Of a stretch of DNA of 32,000 nucleotides, positions 1 to 8,949 are shown in pieces. This stretch comes from Proteobacteria bacterium UBA6503 (GTDB lineage Bacteria; Pseudomonadota; Alphaproteobacteria; UBA1280; UBA6503), in the NCBI GenBank assembly GCA_002436405.1, contig DJLZ01000005.1:635463-667462 (forward strand). The letters are read 5' to 3'. The stretch's first letter is position 1, and each line of letters starts with the position of its first letter. The position numbers and the translations under genes are program-made. The notes under the pieces are model-generated. The model had not been told where the DNA came from, did no database searches, and saw only the letters and a list, made by a program, of their open reading frames with translations.

Positions 1-37
1 TTGGCTGTGTCATCATTGTTCAGATTAACCTTAAACG

Positions 38-1336
38 TTATTTCTTGCTTACAAAGGCTACAACGTCGCCAAATGGCACAGTTGTTTGGTCGCCTGTTTC
101 CATGTTCTTCACGCCGCACTCGCCTTTTTCTACTTCATCTTCACCGATGATAATGGTCCAGTTGGCGTTGGCTTTATCAGCCTTTTTAAACTGGCTCTTG
201 AAGCTTGTTTCTTCAAGGGGCATTGCAACTGTATGGCCCTCAGCACGTAGGTCTTCGCTCACCTTAATAGCGGCGTTACGGGCATTTTCACCCATGGCAA
301 CAATCGCAATTGGGCGTGGCAGGTCAGGCAGTGCAGGCATAAGCGCTTCTAGGCGTTCCATGCCTGAGCCAAAACCAATAGCTGGCACATCGTCGCCGCC
401 CATTTGGCCAATAAGGCCGTTGTAGCGGCCACCCGATAGCACCTGACTTTGCGCACCTAGTGCATCGCTGTGAACTTCAAATACGGTATGGCTGTAGTAA
501 TCAAGGCCACGCACAAGGTTTGGGTTGTGCTTCCACTTAATGCCTAGGGCATCAAGGCCTGTTTTTACAGCATCAAAGTGCTTTGTTGATTCTTCTGAAA
601 GGTAGTTATGCATTTGCGGTGCTTCTGAAACAATCGCAATGTCTTCCGGCGCTTTTGAGTCCAACACACGTAGTGGGTTGCGCTCTAGGCGAATTTTTGA
701 ATCTTCTGAAAGCTTATCAGCATGCGGGCGCAGGTAATCAAGCAAAGCTTCGCGGTAGCGCATGCGGTCGGTTTGGTCACCCAGTGAGTTTAGCTCAACG
801 TATAGGTCTTGCCCTACGCCAATGGCTGTCAAAAAGCGGAAGGCCATGCTCAGTAGTTCTACTTCAGCCATAGGGTCAGCAATACCAAAAATCTCAGCGC
901 CTACTTGGTGGTGCTGGCGCATACGGCCCTTTTGTGGGCGTTCGTAACGGAACATAGGTGTGCTGACGTAACAAACCTTAAGCGGTAGGTCTTTCTTCAT
1001 ACCGTTTGAGTAGTAGGCACGTACAACGGGGGCTGTGCCTTCAGGGCGTAGTGTAAGGCTTTCGCCGCCACGGTCTTCAAAGTTGTACATTTCTTTGGTC
1101 ACGATGTCGGTGCTATCGCCAACGTTACGGCTAAAGATTTCGGTAAATTCAAAAATAGGTGTACGGATTTCACCAAAACCATAACGGCCAAACACATCAA
1201 GTGCAGTTTCTTCAATATGACGGAAGCGACGCGCAGTCTCTGGTAACAGATCATGGGTACCGCGTGCCGGTTGCAATAGTTGGCGCGCGCTCTTAGCGTC
1301 TTGTTTATTGGCGGCAGTTTGTTGCACTGTGCTCAT
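38..1336 (-). CDS. hisS: histidine--tRNA ligase
   Basis: 432-aa ORF. The translation shows class-II HisRS signatures: 'RGTHDLLP', 'IRTPIFE', 'LTLRPEGTAPVVRAY', 'RYERPQKGRMRQHHQ', 'SGGRYNGL', followed by a C-terminal anticodon-binding-type domain. Confidence 0.95.
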   Translation of the reverse strand: MSTVQQTAANKQDAKSARQLLQPARGTHDLLPETARRFRHIEETALDVFGRYGFGEIRTPIFEFTEIFSRNVGDSTDIVTKEMYNFEDRGGESLTLRPEGTAPVVRAYYSNGMKKDLPLKVCYVSTPMFRYERPQKGRMRQHHQVGAEIFGIADPMAEVELLSMAFRFLTAIGVGQDLYVELNSLGDQTDRMRYREALLDYLRPHADKLSEDSKIRLERNPLRVLDSKAPEDIAIVSEAPQMHNYLSEESTKHFDAVKTGLDALGIKWKHNPNLVRGLDYYSHTVFEVHSDALGAQSQVLSGGRYNGLIGQMGGDDVPAIGFGSGMERLEALMPALPDLPRPIAIVAMGENARNAAIKVSEDLRAEGHTVAMPLEETSFKSQFKKADKANANWTIIIGEDEVEKGECGVKNMETGDQTTVPFGDVVAFVSKK

Positions 1337-1376
1337 AGGTCTTTTCCGTCTTTTATTAATTTATAGGTTCATGCGC

Positions 1377-2558
1377 TTAGTAGCGGTCAGGAACACTCTC
1401 TTCTTGTATCACAACAGAGGGTACTTCAACAATTGCCTTTTGGGCTTGAGTCTCTGGTTCAGGCGCTGTCTTCGGCTTTGTTGGTAGCTTAATGTTTACC
1501 TCTTGGAAGACACCTTGTGGGTAGTAAATATTGTTTAGGTACTCTGGATTCAATGAAAGGCCACGTACACGACGGTCAATAATACCGCTTACGCCTTTAC
1601 GTTCACCATTCACGTAAACAATCAATGCAGGGGGTAGGCCTACGTCTAGTAGTAGGTCATCTTCATTAGGCACAGCATATTCTTCCCCTGCCACAAGTAC
1701 CTTTGCAAATACAGGGAGCGATGCCCCTTCTCGGTATACTGATACCCATACATCATCCACAGCCTTAAGCACTACTGGGGTTGAAGCTTCAATAGCGGCT
1801 GGGGCTTCCATTGTAGGTTCGTACTGGGTTGCCGTTTGTAGAGGTTTCTCTTCTACAGCATCCAGGTTAATCGGGCGGTCAAAAGCTGTTGCGGGCTGAG
1901 CTTCAGTTGCCTTTGGCTTCATAATGTCAGGCATGGCGTTATAGCCATCAGTTTCTGGTACTGCGGCATTAGGGCCAATCACATCGTGGCTTGGGCGGTC
2001 AACCGTCCACCAGATAGCACCCATCAAAACAACAACCAGCAGTGAGGCGAAGATAACCTTCATGGTTGGCAGTGCGCCCTGCTCTACCGGTGTTGGCAGT
2101 GTAAGAGTTGTTTTCTCTTCTGTTTGTAGGTAACGGCCAAGGTCTGAAAGCAGGTCTTGTGCATCAAGCTCCAGCACTTGGGCGTAAATACGAATAAAGC
2201 CACGTACGTATACAAGCTCAGGCAGTTCTTCAAATCGGTTTTGTTCTAGCGCCTCTAGGGTTTCAGCACGAATCTGGGTTTTACGTGCCGCTTGGCTCAA
2301 TGTCATCTTTTGGGCTTTACGGGCACGTTCAAGGCGGCGGCCAATATCTAGGGCGTCTAGCAGGTCGCCTTGGTTTTCATCAACTGTTTTCTTTGACTTT
2401 TGAGCAGCTACCTTTTTAGTGGCAACCTTTTTAGCAGTAGTCTTCTTAGCCACAGGCTTTTTAGCATCTGGCTTTTTAGGGGCCTGCTTCTTGCTAGCCT
2501 CTGGCTTAGCAGTGGTTGCTTTTGCGGCTTTAGGTTTTTTAGCTTTTTCGTCAGTCAT
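1377..2558 (-). CDS. rodZ: RodZ-like cytoskeleton/HTH protein with Lys/Ala/Pro-rich N-terminus
   Basis: 393-aa ORF. XRE-type HTH 'MTLSQAARKTQIRAETLEALEQ' is followed by 'YVRGFIRIYAQVL' (compare RodZ 'FLRGYIRSYA'). There is a single TM helix 'VIFASLLVVVLMGAIWW' and a C-terminal extracytoplasmic domain. It lies directly upstream of hisS, as rodZ does in many proteobacteria, but here with no ispG between them. Confidence 0.75.
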   Translation of the reverse strand: MTDEKAKKPKAAKATTAKPEASKKQAPKKPDAKKPVAKKTTAKKVATKKVAAQKSKKTVDENQGDLLDALDIGRRLERARKAQKMTLSQAARKTQIRAETLEALEQNRFEELPELVYVRGFIRIYAQVLELDAQDLLSDLGRYLQTEEKTTLTLPTPVEQGALPTMKVIFASLLVVVLMGAIWWTVDRPSHDVIGPNAAVPETDGYNAMPDIMKPKATEAQPATAFDRPINLDAVEEKPLQTATQYEPTMEAPAAIEASTPVVLKAVDDVWVSVYREGASLPVFAKVLVAGEEYAVPNEDDLLLDVGLPPALIVYVNGERKGVSGIIDRRVRGLSLNPEYLNNIYYPQGVFQEVNIKLPTKPKTAPEPETQAQKAIVEVPSVVIQEESVPDRY

Positions 2559-2694
2559 CAGAATCTTGATTTATTAGTTATTTGCTGAGCCTTTATGGAA
2601 GGCAAATTTTGAATGCATTTATCATACGATAAGATAAGCAGAAATTAAACGTTCACCACCCCTAAAACAATAAAAATTTCAATAAATTGGCAAT

Positions 2695-2725
2695 AAAAAA
2701 AGTGCCACGGCATTACCATGGCACT
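2695..2725 (-). terminator. intrinsic terminator downstream of rpsU
   Basis: Minus-strand reading is AGTGCCATGG-TAAT-GCCGTGGCACT followed by TTTTTT. The stem is about 10 bp with one mismatch or wobble. Confidence 0.7.
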
Positions 2726-2760
2726 TTTAAAGCCTTTGCGGCCTTTCAGACTAGCAATAA

Positions 2761-2961
2761 CTAGCGTGAGCGGCGACGCTTAGATTCGGTTTTACGAATC
2801 CGACGTGAGGCCTCGATCTTCTCGCGACGACGTTTCTCAGAAGGCTTTTCAAAGAAACGGCGTTTTTTAATTTCACGGAAGAAACCTTCGCGGTTCAGCT
2901 TTTTCTTAAGCTGGCGAATGGCCTGCTCTACGTTATTGTCGTTTACATCAATACGTACCAC
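2761..2961 (-). CDS. rpsU: 30S ribosomal protein bS21
   Basis: 66-aa ORF '[46 protein letters not shown]...', a typical S21 sequence. Confidence 0.95.
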   Translation of the reverse strand: MVRIDVNDNNVEQAIRQLKKKLNREGFFREIKKRRFFEKPSEKRRREKIEASRRIRKTESKRRRSR

Positions 2962-3143
2962 GACAAATCACCCCTTTCAAAAGGTAGTAGGTTAATGTTT
3001 TGTTTTTAAAGCACCTTGCCATAAAAACTTAACAGACATTAGATATGCCTCAAAAAAAGCTTAATCTCAAGCGTTTTTTTAGGCACAATAGAGGCGCGCA
3101 CATTTTAAAACATGTAAATTAAAGAACAAGAAAGCCCGCCGCA

Positions 3144-3926
3144 ATGGAACACAAAGACCCTTCAACACTTGGTAAACTTAAAACCTTGTGCAAAATCCTT
3201 TTCCAAGGCGACGCTGAAACACGCCAAGTTTTTATCGATTACCACCTTATTCGCCGTAAGTATGTGCTGTCTCGTACGTCTGAGCATTTTGGCAAAGATA
3301 AGTTTGAGCCTGCCCCGCTGCTAGGCCGTAGCCTGCTTGACGTTGGCTGTGGTAACAACCGCATTGCGCAAGAGCTTGCACTGCGTGGTGCTGACTGTAT
3401 TTGTATTGACCCCGATGCTGATGTTCTTACCCGTGCCGAACAAGACGCCCAAAAATACGGTGCGCCTATTACATTCCTTCAAACCACCGTTCAAACCATG
3501 GTTAAAGACGGTCAGCAGTTTGATATTATTCTGTGCCTTGATTTGCTTGGCCACTGTAAGGACAGTCAAAAAGCTGTTTGGGCCATGAAGAAGATGTTGG
3601 CCCCTGGTGGCCTTATTGTATTTTCGGCGATTAACCGCACATGGTCATCGTTTTTCTATCATAAGCTTATGGCTGAATATCTTCTCCGCTGGATTCCCCG
3701 CGGTACACACAACAAGGAAAGCTTCCTTTCACCTAAAAAACTTACCGAGATGCTTGCAAAAGAAAACCTCGAGATTAGCCAAACCGTTGGCGTAACCTTT
3801 AACCCTTATCAAAAAGACTGGTATAAAACGGGTGACCTTTCACGCCGCTACATGGGCGTTATTAAGCATAAAGAAGATGCGCGCGTCACCTCAGCAAAAC
3901 CACAAAAGGAAGAGCCTGAAGCCTAA
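3144..3926 (+). CDS. class I SAM-dependent methyltransferase, UbiG-like
   Basis: 260-aa ORF. 'LLDVGCGNNRIAQELALRGA' (motif I), 'FDIILCLDLLGH', 'LAPGGLIVFSAINRT' and 'MAEYLLRWIPRGTHNKESFLSPKKL' parallel E. coli UbiG 'VLDVGCGGG', 'MLEHV', 'VKPGGDVFFSTLNRN' and '[25 protein letters not shown]'. Confidence 0.8.
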   Translation: MEHKDPSTLGKLKTLCKILFQGDAETRQVFIDYHLIRRKYVLSRTSEHFGKDKFEPAPLLGRSLLDVGCGNNRIAQELALRGADCICIDPDADVLTRAEQDAQKYGAPITFLQTTVQTMVKDGQQFDIILCLDLLGHCKDSQKAVWAMKKMLAPGGLIVFSAINRTWSSFFYHKLMAEYLLRWIPRGTHNKESFLSPKKLTEMLAKENLEISQTVGVTFNPYQKDWYKTGDLSRRYMGVIKHKEDARVTSAKPQKEEPEA

Positions 3927-3954
3927 TCACTTTAGCCTACAAGCTTCACCGCAC

Positions 3955-3986
3955 AAAAAAGCCGGCCCTAAAAGAGGCCGGCTTTT
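3955..3986. terminator. bidirectional intrinsic terminator between convergent UbiG-like gene and grxC
   Basis: AAAAAA-GCCGGCC-ctaaaaga-GGCCGGC-TTTT. A perfect 7-bp GC stem flanked by A and T runs. Confidence 0.75.
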
Positions 3987-4000
3987 CTTATATTTGACGC

Positions 4001-4258
4001 TTAGTCTTTTAGTAAAGGCTCAAGCTTGCCTTGGTCATGCAGGGCATAAACATCATCACAGCCACCAAGGTGTTTACCGTTTACAAAAATTTGCGGCACG
4101 GTAGTGCGGCCATTGGCCATTGAGACCATCTCGCTTTTACGTTGAGGGTTGGCCATAAGGTCAATCTCTTCGTAGTTTTGGCCAAGTTTGTCAAACAGTG
4201 CCTTGGCACGTTGGCAAAACGGGCAATAATCTTTTGAGTAAATAAGAACCGTCGTCAT
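4001..4258 (-). CDS. grxC: glutaredoxin (Grx3-type)
   Basis: 85-aa ORF with CPFC active site ('YSKDYCPFCQRAK') and 'TVPQIFVNGKHLGGCDD'. Confidence 0.9.
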   Translation of the reverse strand: MTTVLIYSKDYCPFCQRAKALFDKLGQNYEEIDLMANPQRKSEMVSMANGRTTVPQIFVNGKHLGGCDDVYALHDQGKLEPLLKD

Positions 4259-4336
4259 GGGTACTTTCCTTTTTAATCTCGATATACTTTATCTAACGAC
4301 TGAGTCCGTGTGAGGTTCCCACATTTTGCAGGAGGA

Positions 4337-5059
4337 CTACCCTCCTACTTTAGGCTCTACAAATGCGAACGTCAAGACTTGTACATACAAAACACCAGCC
4401 TCTTTTAACGCTTGGGCGCAGAAATCAGCGGTGCTACCCGTAGTACATACATCATCTACTAATACAACACGCTTGCCTTTAAGGGTTTCATCCGCAACAA
4501 AGGCACCTTTTAACTGAGCACGGCGCACATCAGCCTTTTGCCCTACTTGGCTTTGCGTATGGCGCACACGGGTTAAACCAAAAGGCACAACCTCAATACC
4601 TGAGAGTTTGCCTAAGTGCTTAGCAAGGTCACCCGCTTGGTTATAAGCCCTGCGGTATAGGCGTTTTTTATGGAGTGGCACAGGAACAATAACGTCAGCA
4701 CCGTCTTCAATATAGGGTAGCATTTGCTGTGCCATAAGGCGTGCCGCTGGGCGCTGGCCACCGTATTTAAGATTCTTCACCATATCCATTGCCATCCCCT
4801 CATACAAAAACGGGGCGGTAAAGCTGTCATAATGGTCTTCTTCGGCCATAAAGTTCATGGTTTCACGCAGGGTATCTGCGCTATGAAGCTGCCCCCAGCA
4901 CACCGCACAAAGGGTTGGGCTAAAATCAGGGGTTTGAACCACCGTACGGCAGCCAAGGCAAGTTTGTGGCAAGCATAGGTCAAGCGCCCCTTTAGAAATG
5001 CGCTTTGCAAAAGCATAAGCCTTTGCCTTACTGAATACTTTATTTGCCTGCTTAATCAT
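4337..5059 (-). CDS. comF: ComF family protein (phosphoribosyltransferase domain)
   Basis: The ORF runs to 5149, but I chose ATG 5059 ('MIKQANK...') because it avoids overlapping the divergent gene at 5075. N-terminal Cys pairs 'CLGCRTV...CAVCW' and C-terminal PRTase motif 'VVLVDDVCTTGST'. Confidence 0.85.
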   Translation of the reverse strand: MIKQANKVFSKAKAYAFAKRISKGALDLCLPQTCLGCRTVVQTPDFSPTLCAVCWGQLHSADTLRETMNFMAEEDHYDSFTAPFLYEGMAMDMVKNLKYGGQRPAARLMAQQMLPYIEDGADVIVPVPLHKKRLYRRAYNQAGDLAKHLGKLSGIEVVPFGLTRVRHTQSQVGQKADVRRAQLKGAFVADETLKGKRVVLVDDVCTTGSTADFCAQALKEAGVLYVQVLTFAFVEPKVGG

Positions 5060-5074
5060 GGTAACTAGATTAGC

Positions 5075-5935
5075 ATGAATCAAATGATTTACCAGCCCCA
5101 GCACCTGCAAGCTCGCTTTAACAATGCCGCGAGCAATGACCGTTTGCACCCCATTTACCGTGAGGTTGCCGAGCGCCTGTGCGACCGCCTAGAAGACACT
5201 AAGCGCACCTACCCCCTTGCCCTTGAGTTAGGCACAGGTTCGGGCAGTATTGCGCATAGCTTCCCTGCTTCAAAGCGCCCAGAGTCTCTGCTCACGCTTG
5301 ACTTCAGCCATGATGCCCTGCAAAAGGCTGAAGGTTATGATCTTCGCCTGCAAGCCAACGCCGAAATGCCGCTACCGTTTGCCCCCCGCACGTTTGACCT
5401 TGTGCTTACAAACCTTATGCTGCCTTGGGCTAATAACCCCACACGTGTGCTTGCTCAAGCGGGCCAAGCCCTAAAAGATGACGGCCTGTTTTTGGCAACC
5501 ACCCTTGGTGATCAAACATTTTATGAATTTCAGCATGTATTTGGTGCTATGGGGGCGAAGTTCCCGCACATGAACCCAATGCCTGATGTGCAAACTGTTG
5601 GCAGCATTTTGCAGCAAGTAGGCTTTGCCCTGCCTGTGATTGACCGCGACATGATTACCCTTGAGTACAATAGCTTTAGCGATATTCTGGCTGATCTTAA
5701 AGCCGTAGGCCCTACAAACCTGCACCCTGAGCGTAAGCGCGGCCTGACCACCAAAGCTTTCTGGGCTGAGGTTGAGCAAAAGTACACTGAGATGTTTGCC
5801 AAGCCTAACGCCAAGCTACCCCTTACCCTTGAGGTGATTTACCTCCACGGTTGGCGCCCGCACCACAGCCAACAAAAGCCGCTGCCCCGTGGCAGTGCAC
5901 AAGTTGATTTATCTGAAGTTTTGGGCAAGATGTAG
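5075..5935 (+). CDS. SAM-dependent methyltransferase (BioC/NDUFAF5-like)
   Basis: 286-aa ORF. Motif I 'ALELGTGSGSIA', 'FDLVLTNLMLPW' and 'LKDDGLFLATTLG'. It is divergent from comF-grxC, an arrangement I associate with Alphaproteobacteria. Confidence 0.8.
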   Translation: MNQMIYQPQHLQARFNNAASNDRLHPIYREVAERLCDRLEDTKRTYPLALELGTGSGSIAHSFPASKRPESLLTLDFSHDALQKAEGYDLRLQANAEMPLPFAPRTFDLVLTNLMLPWANNPTRVLAQAGQALKDDGLFLATTLGDQTFYEFQHVFGAMGAKFPHMNPMPDVQTVGSILQQVGFALPVIDRDMITLEYNSFSDILADLKAVGPTNLHPERKRGLTTKAFWAEVEQKYTEMFAKPNAKLPLTLEVIYLHGWRPHHSQQKPLPRGSAQVDLSEVLGKM

Positions 5936-5941
5936 AAATTT

Positions 5942-5970
5942 AAAAGGGCGGTGATGACCGCCCTTTATTA
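5942..5970. terminator. bidirectional terminator hairpin
   Basis: AGGGCGGT-gatg-ACCGCCCT (perfect 8-bp stem), flanked by AAA upstream and TTATTAT downstream, between convergent stop codons. Confidence 0.7.
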
Positions 5971-5979
5971 TATATTTAG

Positions 5980-6516
5980 TTAATACCACGTTGTCTTTTC
6001 CTGCCAGTGCGGCTTTGCACGAAGTGGCTGCGGGCGGTCAGTATCAGGGTGCCCCACGTAGAAGAAGCCCATAATGCGGTCTTCTTTAGACTCATCTACC
6101 TTAAGCAGGTCTTTTACTGGTTTTTGCTCACAAAACTTACCGCTCTTCCAAAAGCCTGCAAGGCCAAGGCCATGGGCTGCAAGTGCCATGTTTTGTAGGG
6201 CAGCTGCTGTTGCGGCATGGTCTTCCCATACAGGTGGGTTTTTCTCGCCGCGGCCGGGTGTAGCTACCACTGCAATTACCGTTGGCGCACGGAAGGCCTT
6301 TTGGCCAGTTTCTTCACCGTTTTCAACAGCCAAAGCATCTGCTAGCTTTTGGCGTGCGTCTCCCGAAAATACATGAAACGCCCAAGGCTCGGTACGTTTG
6401 TGGTTTGGTGCCCAAGCGGCCATTTCAAGGAGGGCTTCGATTTGTTCTTTACTGACGGGTTGGTCGGTCACAATGCCGTTGCTGCGGCGGGTTTCGATAG
6501 CTGTAAAAATATCCAT
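5980..6516 (-). CDS. nitroreductase family protein
   Basis: Start moved from 6618 to ATG 6516 ('MDIFTAIETRRSNG...'), giving the usual nitroreductase N-terminus. 'WAPNHKRTEPW' is also present. The 34 upstream codons are AT-rich, low-complexity read-through. Confidence 0.85.
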   Translation of the reverse strand: MDIFTAIETRRSNGIVTDQPVSKEQIEALLEMAAWAPNHKRTEPWAFHVFSGDARQKLADALAVENGEETGQKAFRAPTVIAVVATPGRGEKNPPVWEDHAATAAALQNMALAAHGLGLAGFWKSGKFCEQKPVKDLLKVDESKEDRIMGFFYVGHPDTDRPQPLRAKPHWQEKTTWY

Positions 6517-6622
6517 AGGGAGGAGTTGCTTTCTAGTTCTGAGTTTTATGTTCTTGATATTATGCAACGGTGTTAATCTGTATGTGTTAAAGTAACATAT
6601 AATTAAAAAGACGCTCAACCCT

Positions 6623-7384
6623 ATGAAGTTCCTAATTGCACTATTTGCCTTTGGCGCTGCTGTTATTGGTGTGTTGGTTGCTGTTCTCTATGAAGAAGGC
6701 AACATGCAATACAGCGACCGCCTTGAAGTTATTCAAAACAACGACTGTGTTGTTGTCCTCCACGGTTTAAAGATGAGCCCACGCCATTTATCATTCATGG
6801 CTCGCTCGCTCGAAAAAGAAGGCTATGATGTTTACAACATCGGCTACGACTCTGACGCTGAGACCATTGAAAACATTGCCCGCAACCAAGTGCGCAGCCA
6901 AATGCCACAAACCTGTGAAGGCCGCTTGCACTTTGTAGGCCATTCAATGGGGGGGATTATTATCCGTGAGCTTTTGAAGCAAGACACACCCGGCAACATC
7001 GGCCGCATTGTGATGCTCGGCACCCCAAACCAAGGCAGCGAGATGGTTGACTTCCTGATGGAAACCCCAGTCATCAGCACTGTATTTGACCTTATGTTTG
7101 GCCCGGCTGCTGAAGAACTACGCACTAAGAAAAATACCTACCTTGAAGAACTACCTGCGCCTGTGGTGCAAACAGGTATTATCGCTGGCGATAACTACAT
7201 TGAGCCTATTGGCGGTATGTTTGTCCTCCCTGCCCCGAACGACGGTAAGGTAAGCGTGAAGAGTGCTAAGCTCCCAACCATGACTGACTTTGTGCTACTG
7301 CATGATTCTCACTTCTGGCTGCCAATCAGCCACGAGGCCCGTATGCAAACACTGCACTTCCTAAAAAATGGCAAGTTTAAATAA
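6623..7384 (+). CDS. membrane-anchored alpha/beta hydrolase (lipase/esterase-like)
   Basis: 253-aa ORF. N-terminal hydrophobic anchor 'FLIALFAFGAAVIGVLVAVL', 'VVVLHGL', nucleophile elbow 'GHSMGG' and 'LGTPNQGS'. Confidence 0.8.
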   Translation: MKFLIALFAFGAAVIGVLVAVLYEEGNMQYSDRLEVIQNNDCVVVLHGLKMSPRHLSFMARSLEKEGYDVYNIGYDSDAETIENIARNQVRSQMPQTCEGRLHFVGHSMGGIIIRELLKQDTPGNIGRIVMLGTPNQGSEMVDFLMETPVISTVFDLMFGPAAEELRTKKNTYLEELPAPVVQTGIIAGDNYIEPIGGMFVLPAPNDGKVSVKSAKLPTMTDFVLLHDSHFWLPISHEARMQTLHFLKNGKFK

Positions 7385-7396
7385 GCCTAGAATAGC

Positions 7397-7427
7397 AAAA
7401 AGCCCCGCTTGGTAGCGGGGCTTTTTT
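7397..7427. terminator. bidirectional intrinsic terminator (hydrolase / gltX convergent)
   Basis: AAAA-AGCCCCGCT-tggt-AGCGGGGCT-TTTTT. Perfect 9-bp stem. Confidence 0.8.
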
Positions 7428-7438
7428 ATTGGGGCAAG

Positions 7439-8839
7439 TTACTTACCAGCTGCTTTATGCAAGCGGTTGCGGGCACGGTCTTCACCGATAAGCGGCAACA
7501 GGTCAGCAAGCTCAGGGCCATGCTCAACGCCTGTAAGGGCTAGACGCAATGGCATAAACAAAGCTTTACCTTTGCGGCCTGTCTTCTCTTTCAGTTCACC
7601 AACCCACTGGCTCCAAGTATCGCCGTTGTATGGGCCTTGAGGTAATGTTTGTTCTGCTTGCGCAATGTAGGCAGCATCTTCGTCGTTTAGGTTTGCTGGG
7701 GCAATGTCTGCAAAGCAAAGCTTAAACTGCTCTGATACTTCTTCAAGGCGTTGCAAGTTCGGGCGTACAGTCTGCCAGAAGCTTTCAAGTGTTGCCTCGT
7801 CCATATCGGCTGAAATCATATCAAGCACTTGGTCTTTAACCTCAGGCCATTCCATTTTATGGATAAGCTGTGCGTTAAGGCGGTCAACTTGGTCAAGGTC
7901 AAAGCGTACTGGTGCACGGCCGATTTTTGAAAAATCAAAGCGCTCGGCAAGTTCGTCAATCGTCCCAATTTGCGGGTCAGTACTTGTGCCAATCGCTGCA
8001 AGGTACGAAACGATAGCCTCAGGCATGTAGCCGTTTTCTTGTAGCTGAGTAATTGAAAGGCTATCCAAACGTTTTGAAAGTTTGCCGCCATCATGGTCAA
8101 GCATCATTGGTAGGTGTGCAAATTTAGGGCATTTACCATCGTTCAATGCTTCAAAAATACGTACCTGAATAGCTGTGTTCGTTACGTGGTCTTCACCGCG
8201 GATAATATGTGTAACCTTTTGGTTAATATCGTCAACCGCAGCGGCAAAGGCAAATGTAGGAATACCGTTTGAACGCACAATAACAGGGTCACCACCAAGG
8301 TGCTGGGCTTCGTAGCGCACGGTGCCACGCACTAGGTCTTCGAACAAAATTTCGCCATCAATAAGCTTAAAGCGAATCACAGGCTCACGGCCTTCCGCTC
8401 GAAAAGCGTCACGCTCGGCATCGGTAAGGTCACGGTGGCGGTTATCGTAACCAGGAGGCAGACCACGAGATGTACGCATACGACGAATCATGTCGAGTTC
8501 TTCTTTCGATACAAAGCACTCGTACACAAGGCCCATATCAAACAGGGTATCTAGGGCTTTAGTGTAATCACCATTCGCAGCACGTTCGCGCGTGCGGTAT
8601 GGGCCATATTCGCCACCATGGGTAATTGATTCGTCAGGTGTCATACCTAGCCAATCCAGAGCAGCCATCATGTTTTGTTCGGCGTCGTTTACCTGTCGCT
8701 CAATGTCCGTATCTTCGAAGCGAAGAATAAATTCCCCCTTCTCTTTACGTGCAAACAAAACGTTTGCCAAAGCTGTACGTACATTACCTACGTGTAGCTT
8801 ACCTGTTGGGCTTGGTGCAAAGCGAACTCGAACCGTCAT
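7439..8839 (-). CDS. gltX: glutamate--tRNA ligase
   Basis: 466-aa ORF. 'RFAPSPTGKLHVGNVRTA' (HIGH-type motif), 'KLSKR' (KMSKS-type motif) and a C-terminal anticodon-binding domain. Confidence 0.95.
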   Translation of the reverse strand: MTVRVRFAPSPTGKLHVGNVRTALANVLFARKEKGEFILRFEDTDIERQVNDAEQNMMAALDWLGMTPDESITHGGEYGPYRTRERAANGDYTKALDTLFDMGLVYECFVSKEELDMIRRMRTSRGLPPGYDNRHRDLTDAERDAFRAEGREPVIRFKLIDGEILFEDLVRGTVRYEAQHLGGDPVIVRSNGIPTFAFAAAVDDINQKVTHIIRGEDHVTNTAIQVRIFEALNDGKCPKFAHLPMMLDHDGGKLSKRLDSLSITQLQENGYMPEAIVSYLAAIGTSTDPQIGTIDELAERFDFSKIGRAPVRFDLDQVDRLNAQLIHKMEWPEVKDQVLDMISADMDEATLESFWQTVRPNLQRLEEVSEQFKLCFADIAPANLNDEDAAYIAQAEQTLPQGPYNGDTWSQWVGELKEKTGRKGKALFMPLRLALTGVEHGPELADLLPLIGEDRARNRLHKAAGK

Positions 8840-8949
8840 GATTTTTAGGCCTTTCTGTTTAAATAAGGGTCAAAAAGTAACACACACGGGCATTATAAGG
8901 CAATCGTTCTTAGCTTGCCAGTTGCGAAAAGTTTAATTATTATCCACCA

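Noticed and set aside
1-37. Possible start of another minus-strand gene (ATGATG at complement of 8-13) just downstream of hisS
   Set aside because: Only 2-4 codons fall inside the window, which is too little to call.
3321-3795. Antisense or alternate-frame ORFs inside the UbiG-like gene (3321..3569 -, 3337..3588 +, 3607..3795 +)
   Set aside because: They are nested within a CDS that shows clear methyltransferase motifs. They have no SD and no recognisable domain.
5060-5149. Over-long ORF-track starts for comF (to 5149), nitroreductase (to 6618), Nudix (to 10177), secY (to 22140), rpsC (to 28362) and rpsQ (to 26982)
   Set aside because: Internal ATGs give canonical family N-termini and remove overlaps with neighbouring genes, so the extensions are read-through of upstream spacers or gene ends.
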